A stretch of 62,091 bases of DNA from Candidatus Peribacteraceae bacterium (GTDB lineage: Bacteria > Patescibacteriota > Gracilibacteria > Peribacterales > Peribacteraceae): NCBI GenBank assembly GCA_030750465.1, contig JASMHZ010000003.1:1-62091 (forward strand). The letters run 5' to 3'. The position numbers and the translations under genes were made by a program. Positions within the stretch are counted from its first letter, which is position 1. Each line of letters starts with the position of its first letter. Below are positions 55,583 through 62,091 of the stretch, in pieces. The notes beneath the pieces were generated by a model. It saw only the letters and a program-made list of their open reading frames with translations. It ran no database searches and was not told the origin of the DNA.

Positions 55583-56580
55583 TGATAATCACACAAAAGG
55601 TCGATAGATCCGATCCCATACTCGGATTCTTTCATGGTTGGCTTCTGGAATTTGCTTTACATTGCGATCAGATACATGTGATAGGGCAAATGAAGGGAGA
55701 TTACGACTTGCCTGATAACATCAAGATCCACTCAATGGGAAAAGAGTCAGGAGCTTCAAAATTAAGTCAGATTCTAAAATTCTGGAAACTACAATGGTTA
55801 CTCAGGCATGATTATGATTGTGTTTTGGTGCACATGACTCCGGTCTGGGTAGTTCTTGGATTTTTCAATTGGTTCATACTCAGAAAGAAAGTTTACCTTT
55901 GGTACGAGGCGCGCGGAGGAGGATGGACTCTGCCGATTTCGCTTCGATTAGTTAAAAAAGTATTCTCAGCTACCGAGTACGGACTTCCGCGCTCCTCAAA
56001 AAAAAGAGTAATCACGGGTCATGGGATTGATACGGAGTTTTTCAAACCCTCAGGTGTGACCCAAAAAGGTTTAGTTTCTAGTGTTGGGAGAATTACAAAA
56101 AGAAAACACTTCGAAGTTATTCTTAAGGCTTTTTCGGAACTTCCATCTGATTACAGATTGGAAATTGCAGGAGTTACGATAAGAAAAGATGATGAAGTGG
56201 AGTTAGAAAGCTTGAAGAAGCTTATGAATGAACTAGGAATTGCTGATCGAGTTAAAATAAAACAAATGACTCATGAGGAGGTCAGGAATCTTCTGCAAAG
56301 ATCTGAGTTGATGTTGCATGCGTGCAGAGGAGGACTCGACAAAATTGTACTTGAAGCGATGTCAGTTGGATGTTTGACGATATCTTCATCCAAAGCTGCT
56401 GGCCATGTTCTTCCCACGGAAGGCTTAAGTATAGATGAAGAGATGGGGGAGAGGGCGAATGAGGTTTTAGGATTATCGAATGATGAAAGAGCGAAGTTGT
56501 CAGAGCAACTACGTCAGCAAGTTATTGAAGGCCACAGCCTCGGGAAATTGGTGGGGAGGTTGGTGGAGGAGATGAAGTAA
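55573..56580 (+). CDS. GT4 glycosyltransferase
   Basis: DPILGFFH, GHGIDT, VGRI..RK, GLDKIVLEAM. Confidence 0.85.
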   Translation: MRLMIITQKVDRSDPILGFFHGWLLEFALHCDQIHVIGQMKGDYDLPDNIKIHSMGKESGASKLSQILKFWKLQWLLRHDYDCVLVHMTPVWVVLGFFNWFILRKKVYLWYEARGGGWTLPISLRLVKKVFSATEYGLPRSSKKRVITGHGIDTEFFKPSGVTQKGLVSSVGRITKRKHFEVILKAFSELPSDYRLEIAGVTIRKDDEVELESLKKLMNELGIADRVKIKQMTHEEVRNLLQRSELMLHACRGGLDKIVLEAMSVGCLTISSSKAAGHVLPTEGLSIDEEMGERANEVLGLSNDERAKLSEQLRQQVIEGHSLGKLVGRLVEEMK

Positions 56581-56601
56581 AACTTCAATTTGTATAGTAA
56601 G

Positions 56602-56698
56602 CTAATCAATTGATTAGTTGACTAGTAACAGTGTGTCACTAAAGGAACCATTCGCGCGAATGGTAGAATGTTGAAAGAAGGTATGTGCGCACATACCT
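56602..56698. other. Three perfect palindromes in a row between convergent genes
   Basis: ctaatcaattgattag (56602), accattcgcgcgaatggt (56647), aggtatgtgcgcacatacct (56679). Confidence 0.8.
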
Positions 56699-56716
56699 AC
56701 ATAGTTGTTGACAGGA

Positions 56717-57742
56717 TTAGATTGCTTCCCTCAGCCTCCTGCTTGTCTCCTCAACCTCCTCAATCGTCTGATCCTCGCGCATATGTGGCCTTTTTTCCTC
56801 ATATAGCTTCATTAGTTCATCTCTACTTGGAAGAGCCCTGAGGGGATAAGGATTTCCTTTGATCTTTGTATAAAGCTCCTGAATAGTGCATATAGAAATC
56901 ATTCCAGAAAGAACGCCAAAGAGCATATTACTGCTCCATTTTTCATTTGGAGGTTCGGTAAAGTACGAGAGGGTCTGCTCCGGTTTCTTAAAGTAATTCA
57001 GTAGCATCACGGGGCCACTGAGGCCGGAGAAGCCTGCCCAATATTTCTTCTGTTCCCCTTCCGGAACTATGTAGCATCGATAACCTTTTTTAAGAAGTTC
57101 TTCATTGGCCTTATCAAAAGTATCGTATCTGGTTGGATTCTTGGATATGCCTGAATGTGTGTTTCCATCACATGGACCTAAGTGTAAATTCTCTTTTTCG
57201 AAAACGAGTTCACGGTTGAAAGCAATGCAGTAACTTGAACTTGGTGGAATCCTTTTCCCATCAATATCAAATTCCCACCATTTGCGGTGGCGGAAGCTGA
57301 CTGTTGCAGTACTGGGGTCAGCAAACTCCTTTTCAACAACATCAACTGCTTCACCACTGAGCAAAAACATATCATCATCGCAAATCCATCCTATCTTTCT
57401 ATTTTTAGCAATGTGCCTGAGGAATTCTTCTGACTTGGTTGCGGCATAGAAATTCAAAAACTTATGCAATCGCGCTTTGGGGAATTCTTTTGGATTTAAT
57501 TTGCCGGATGAATCAAAAATAGTTATATCAACTCGGTCACCCAGATACTTAGTTGCCAAGTGATACCACACTGTCATCATCGGTGGAAGAATGTTCATTG
57601 TGAAGAGTGCGGGCTTTCCCGACTCAGGCAAAGGCTTCCTCCTCATGTAATAAAAGGCGGTTGGTACACCGGTTCTAATAGCCTTAACGATACAAAAGCG
57701 CTTGAATGCACGGGGGAGTATGGTGACGTATCGGTAGGCCAT
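56717..57742 (-). CDS. Hypothetical protein, possible GT-A-fold glycosyltransferase
   Basis: WICDDDMF DxD-like motif, YDT motif; glycosylation context. Confidence 0.6.
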   Translation of the reverse strand: MAYRYVTILPRAFKRFCIVKAIRTGVPTAFYYMRRKPLPESGKPALFTMNILPPMMTVWYHLATKYLGDRVDITIFDSSGKLNPKEFPKARLHKFLNFYAATKSEEFLRHIAKNRKIGWICDDDMFLLSGEAVDVVEKEFADPSTATVSFRHRKWWEFDIDGKRIPPSSSYCIAFNRELVFEKENLHLGPCDGNTHSGISKNPTRYDTFDKANEELLKKGYRCYIVPEGEQKKYWAGFSGLSGPVMLLNYFKKPEQTLSYFTEPPNEKWSSNMLFGVLSGMISICTIQELYTKIKGNPYPLRALPSRDELMKLYEEKRPHMREDQTIEEVEETSRRLREAI

Positions 57743-57755
57743 GAGGAAATGATAG

Positions 57756-57818
57756 AGTGTGTAGTGAGTAGTTGGTAGTGAGTAGTTGATTTTTTTAATC
57801 CTACTCACTACACACTAC
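57756..57818. repeat. Inverted heptamer array (TAGTGAG/CTCACTA)
   Basis: gtgtgtagtgagtagttggtagtgagtag...ctactcactacacactacacac. Confidence 0.65.
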
Positions 57819-58561
57819 ACACTCGAAATATAGAACCCACTTTGTCCGTCAGTTTCAGTCCCATACTTCAATTTATCGATTGTGAATCCGTAACCTTTAA
57901 GTAACTTTTTGAAGAACTTCTTTTCATATCGCACACAATGCAGAGCTCCTTTCCAATCCTGTTTATAATTTGGAGGGTTTTCTTCCATCTCAGGCACGTT
58001 ATCTTCGGTGAATGCAGTCAGGAATACTTTTCCTGTGGTTTTAAGAAGCCTTTTGAACTCGGTTAAATAAGCTTGAATATCAGGCGTCTTCATATGTGAA
58101 AATACCGAGTACAAGTAAATCACATCAAAACTTGCGTCAGGAAACGGAAGCCCGACCGAACTGGAACCAGATGGATTATATCTCTCGTTCTTAATATCCA
58201 TATGAGTAAACTGAAAAGTTGGATGTTCCTTTTCTATGTACTTAGAGCACCACTCAATCGGAGTCTGGCTTACATCCACTCCACGGTACGCACGTATTTC
58301 TCCTATCTCGCTCAGGATACCAATTGGAAGACGGCCCGGCCCGCAACCAAGATCAAGCAAAGCCATATTTCTGCTCAGGCCGAATGAGCTTTGCAGACGC
58401 TGGGCTTCTTGCTCTCCGGAAGACAAAAATGCTTCATCATCGATAAAATTTGATCCTCCGAAGCGCAAATGCTTTGCGGGGATAGTCATTCCTCTGTGAG
58501 TAATAGCCTCTGATTTAACGAAACTTTTAAGTTTCTTAGCGGTTTTTTGGATGGCGGGCAT
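57815..58561 (-). CDS. Class I SAM-dependent methyltransferase
   Basis: LLDLGCGPGR, GVDV, LPFPDASFD, SVFSHM, RLLK..G. Confidence 0.9.
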   Translation of the reverse strand: MPAIQKTAKKLKSFVKSEAITHRGMTIPAKHLRFGGSNFIDDEAFLSSGEQEAQRLQSSFGLSRNMALLDLGCGPGRLPIGILSEIGEIRAYRGVDVSQTPIEWCSKYIEKEHPTFQFTHMDIKNERYNPSGSSSVGLPFPDASFDVIYLYSVFSHMKTPDIQAYLTEFKRLLKTTGKVFLTAFTEDNVPEMEENPPNYKQDWKGALHCVRYEKKFFKKLLKGYGFTIDKLKYGTETDGQSGFYISSV

Positions 58562-58581
58562 TGGAGAGGCATTGTACCAGA

Positions 58582-58667
58582 TAAAGAAGCAGAAGAAGCA
58601 GAAGAAGCAGAAGATTCAGAGGATTTTCTTTTGTTTCTTCTGAATCCTCTGATTCCTCTGATTCCTT
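58582..58667. repeat. Inverted nonamer array (AGAAGAAGC/TCCTCTGAT)
   Basis: agaagcagaagaagcagaagaagcagaagattcagagga...ttcttctgaatcctctgattcctctgattcct. Confidence 0.75.
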
Positions 58668-58689
58668 AAATGATGTATATTCTTGGAGG

Positions 58690-59727
58690 ATGCTCAAAGC
58701 TCATTGCGATCTTCTGCCCGGCCTTCCTCACATCCCTCTCCTGTATCCAAATCTAGGAAGACCAGAGAATGAGGGGCGAATGGGGTTTTTGAATGAGGCA
58801 TTCGATGACCTGAAAGATCCTTTTGTAGAGATTGTGCAGGATCCGACTCAGGCGGATATAATTCTATGTCCTCACAATTTTCCTCAGATAAAAATGAAGG
58901 GGACATATTTGCAAAAGCTCTCTGACTTATCTCAGGATTTGAATAAGAAAGTCATAGTCTTTTGGCATGGGGATGATACAGATGAAGTGGATATACCAAA
59001 TTCAATCATCTTTCGTACGTCGCAATACAGGCATCTTAAGTTAGACAACGAGATTATCATGCCGCCTTATACGCCTGATTTGATGAAAGGGCGGGAACTC
59101 GTAATCAGGCACAAGGCAAAAACTCCTGTCGTTGGTTTCTGCGGTTGGGCAAGATATAAGAATCACAAAAATAGGTTTGGAACTTTAGCTAAAAATTTAT
59201 TGATCGACTTCAAGCGTCTTGCACTAATAAGATCTCATCTTGCAGTTCACAAAAAGGGACTCACTTTCAGGCAAAAGGCGTGCAGAGCTCTTAAAGATAC
59301 TCCTCTTATTGAAGCAAACTTTATTTTGCGAAAAAGTTATTCCGGCAGTCCGCATACAATCAAGATTGCTCCAAAGGAGGGAAGGGAAGAGTACATACAA
59401 AATATAATCGATTCTGATTTCCCATTAGCTGTTAAGGGAGATGGTAACTATTCATACAGATTTTATGAGGCTCTTAGCTTGGGGCGTCCTCCGGTTTTCA
59501 TAGATACTGATTGTGTTTTACCTCTTGAAGACAAAATCAATTATGATGAGTTCATAATCAGAGTCAGTTACAAAGATGCTTCCAAAATCGACAGCATTGT
59601 AAGTTCATTCTACGAAAAATTGGATGAGGAAACGTTCGTTAGTATGCAAAAGAAGGCACGGGAGGCATTCGAAAACTATTTGAGTGTTGGAAGTTTCCTT
59701 AGGACTGCAACTGAGCGGTTGATTTGA
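58690..59727 (+). CDS. Exostosin-family (GT47-like) glycosyltransferase
   Basis: VGFCG, EYIQNI.DSDF.L..KGDGNYSYRFYEALSLGRPPVFIDTDCVLP. Confidence 0.8.
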   Translation: MLKAHCDLLPGLPHIPLLYPNLGRPENEGRMGFLNEAFDDLKDPFVEIVQDPTQADIILCPHNFPQIKMKGTYLQKLSDLSQDLNKKVIVFWHGDDTDEVDIPNSIIFRTSQYRHLKLDNEIIMPPYTPDLMKGRELVIRHKAKTPVVGFCGWARYKNHKNRFGTLAKNLLIDFKRLALIRSHLAVHKKGLTFRQKACRALKDTPLIEANFILRKSYSGSPHTIKIAPKEGREEYIQNIIDSDFPLAVKGDGNYSYRFYEALSLGRPPVFIDTDCVLPLEDKINYDEFIIRVSYKDASKIDSIVSSFYEKLDEETFVSMQKKAREAFENYLSVGSFLRTATERLI

Positions 59728-60670
59728 TTTTCATCGCAAGATCTTCAGCATCCCCGGCATTACAAAGTATGACTCTTTCGTCATTTTCATATATTTCGAG
59801 TATTCCGGGGGTTCTGGCCGTCACCACCTTCTTCCCGCAAGCTAAATAGTCCAATACTTTGTGTGGAATAACCCGTTGAGTCTTTTCCGAAACTCCGAAA
59901 ATACCCAAACAAAGGTCAGAATTATTAATAGACCTAGGAAGTTCTTTCATTGGCGCGAAAGGTTTGAATGTCACGTTCTTTAGGCTCAGTTCTCCCGCAA
60001 GTTTTTTCATTTCCGGTTCGGTTTGTCCTCCTCCAAGTATTGTGAAGCGGAGGTTAGGATCAGATTCCAGAATTTTAGCTGCTCTTAAAATTACATCGAT
60101 TCCTTGTAGTGGGATAAAGGAGCCGTAGAAGAAGATTTCGAAGTGCGGGTGCGGGTTCGGGTTCGGGTTCGGGTTCGGTTTGAAAATATCAGTTATGGCT
60201 TCGAGGTAAACCACTCTCACTCGCTTTGGGTGGAGTTTGAATTTCTTTATGAAGTATTCGCGGTGAGTTTTTGTATCAATCAATACCTCGTCTGCCAAAT
60301 GGCAACTTACAAAATCTACAAACCAATAAAACCAGGATTTCGGACTCCATTTAGCGACAAGCTTGCGATCTGCAACCAGCGTATCGTAAACAGAAATAAA
60401 CGCATCGAATGAAAGTTTCTTTTTTGAAAATAAAGTCAGGGTCCACGCAAGCGGCATCAAGTGATGGCCGGGGAAGAGGACCAGAACTTCATCGACTTCT
60501 TTCTTAAGCTTCCTATACTGCCTGATAAGATCTGCGCATTTTCGAAAGAATCCTTTCTTGGTTGTATGACATTCAAGTATTTTGAATCCTTCTTTCTCGT
60601 ACTCACGCTTCAGCGTCCACGTGCGGGGGGACGCAGGATCATAGAAGCCGAAGAAGAGAATCGAGCTCAT
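59699..60670 (-). CDS. GT4 glycosyltransferase
   Basis: FYGSFIPLQG, DLCLGIFG...K..RVIPHKV.DYLA. Confidence 0.85.
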   Translation of the reverse strand: MSSILFFGFYDPASPRTWTLKREYEKEGFKILECHTTKKGFFRKCADLIRQYRKLKKEVDEVLVLFPGHHLMPLAWTLTLFSKKKLSFDAFISVYDTLVADRKLVAKWSPKSWFYWFVDFVSCHLADEVLIDTKTHREYFIKKFKLHPKRVRVVYLEAITDIFKPNPNPNPNPHPHFEIFFYGSFIPLQGIDVILRAAKILESDPNLRFTILGGGQTEPEMKKLAGELSLKNVTFKPFAPMKELPRSINNSDLCLGIFGVSEKTQRVIPHKVLDYLACGKKVVTARTPGILEIYENDERVILCNAGDAEDLAMKIKSTAQLQS

Positions 60671-60777
60671 TTAGGAGTATGTTAGAGAAAAATTGACAAT
60701 TGATAATCTAAAATTAACAATTAATTGTTAGGTTTATGTTATTCAATGATTAATTAATCAGATATTCTTAGCAAGAA

Positions 60778-61896
60778 ATGAGGATTACTTACGTCGTTCA
60801 TGCACGTTTCCCGGCAGAAAAGGCATATGGCTTGCAGATTGCAGCAGTGTGCAAGGCTATGGCGCAAATAGGACATGATGTGACTATTGTTGCTCCATAT
60901 ACGAAGAATTACATCAATCAGCCGATTCATGAGTATTACGGACTTCCCGGTTCTGTTAAATTCGTTAGGCTGAAGAATTTTGATGCTTTGGGAAAGAAGT
61001 GGATTCCGGGTCCTCTTTGGATGGTAATTACAATGTTTTTTTATAGGAGGGAACTTAAGAAATTCTTACAAAATCATCAGGCTGAAATCTTGTATGTCAG
61101 ATCTCCCCTTATTCTTAAGCCTCTGATTACAAGTGGCATTTCGGTGGTCTTGGAGTTGCATACAATTCCGAAGAAATTTAAGAAGAAGTTCGTCAGCATG
61201 TGCAATAAATGCAAGAAGGTTGTTGCTTTGACTTCGCCGATGCGCGACGAGGTCAGGAAGTTAGGCGTCGATGAATCCAAGCTTATTGTGGAGGGGGATG
61301 GTGTGGACTTTGATGAATTCCAGAATCTTCAGGAAGTTTCCAATGAAGTTCCGGTAATCGGTTACGTGGGATCGCTTGCAACTCAGGATAAAATTGAAAA
61401 AGGAGTTCCGGAACTACTCAGGGCATTCAAAGAATTAAAAGATCGAGGTACAAAGGTTGCAGGATGGATAGTCGGGGGGCCTGATGACTGGAAGAAGTCA
61501 TATTCTGAACTTGCGGATACATTGGGCTTATCAGAAAATGTAAGATTTGAAGGAAGAATCGAGAGATCAGAAGTGCCATCAGCGATTTCCAAGTGCGATG
61601 TGTGCGTCTATCCCGCTCCCGCGACAGATCATCCATTCATAATGCGTGATACATCACCTCTTAAGCTTGTTGAGTACTTGGCGGCAGGAAAGCCAATTGT
61701 ATGTGCGGATATTCCTCCTGCTAGAGATATAGTTGATGAGTCAGTTGTAGAATTTTGTGTGCCAGGGGATTCGAAATCTATGGCTGATGCGATTGAAAAG
61801 GCGATTAATGAGCCAGGTTCAAAAACTCAGACAGCAAAAGAAATTGCCAGGAAGCTTGATTGGAAGGAGAGGATGGGTAGAGTTCTTTCTTTTTAA
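60778..61896 (+). CDS. GT4 glycosyltransferase
   Basis: RFPAEKA, LELH, GYVGS, TSPLKLVEYLAAGKPIV. Confidence 0.9.
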   Translation: MRITYVVHARFPAEKAYGLQIAAVCKAMAQIGHDVTIVAPYTKNYINQPIHEYYGLPGSVKFVRLKNFDALGKKWIPGPLWMVITMFFYRRELKKFLQNHQAEILYVRSPLILKPLITSGISVVLELHTIPKKFKKKFVSMCNKCKKVVALTSPMRDEVRKLGVDESKLIVEGDGVDFDEFQNLQEVSNEVPVIGYVGSLATQDKIEKGVPELLRAFKELKDRGTKVAGWIVGGPDDWKKSYSELADTLGLSENVRFEGRIERSEVPSAISKCDVCVYPAPATDHPFIMRDTSPLKLVEYLAAGKPIVCADIPPARDIVDESVVEFCVPGDSKSMADAIEKAINEPGSKTQTAKEIARKLDWKERMGRVLSF

Positions 61897-61909
61897 CCAA
61901 AAGGATTCC

Positions 61910-61956
61910 TCTTTCTTTTGTCTTAATACAAAAGAAAGAAGCAAAGAAAAAATCAA
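61910..61956. repeat. 47-bp dispersed repeat, family C copy 2
   Basis: Identical to 27843-27889. Confidence 0.9.
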
Positions 61957-62091
61957 GGCAAACACAGCTCACTCGTCGCGCATGTGCACAATCAGATGTT
62001 GGCTCGCAGAGACGAGTCGAGTCTGAGGACTCGCTCGCCATCTGATCGTGCTATTCAACAAATGACCACTGGCTCCTCGCTCGGGTGTGTG

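Overview
Bacterial chromosomal window read in genetic code 11. Gene content and style suggest a reduced-genome Patescibacteria/CPR organism, possibly Peribacteria/Peregrinibacteria-like; this is inference, since there is no rRNA or definitive marker. The window has three parts. (1) Two large surface-glycosylation regions (~1-12 kb and ~37-62 kb) carry nucleotide-sugar enzymes, rmlA/rmlB, GT2, GT4 and GT47-like transferases, GtrA flippases and five multi-pass GT-C-like proteins. (2) A housekeeping core holds ahcY with a PfkB kinase, polX, pheT, rpmH, ndk, RNase HI, recO, ftsX-like, a class A PBP, yebC, rpsR, rpsF and sufS/sufU. (3) Two tRNAs are present, Ser-GGA and Thr-GGT. The most striking feature is a dense repeat system. 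Many intergenic spacers hold inverted arrays of 7-9 nt tandem repeats or short palindromic mini-elements. The same units invade coding sequences in frame (SufS, ribosomal protein S6, several glycosyltransferases), and one (GAATAGT)4 tract frameshifts an ArnT/PMT-like glycosyltransferase in a way that suggests phase variation. Also seen: two DUF559-like endonuclease genes bounded by related inverted repeats, apparently pervasive leaderless promoters, an unannotated Arg-rich 40-aa ORF with a full promoter, SD and terminator, truncated gene junctions beside tRNA-Ser, and a gtrABC-like cassette after tRNA-Thr. No CRISPR array, integrase or transposase was recognised. All family assignments are from motif recall; no searches were run.
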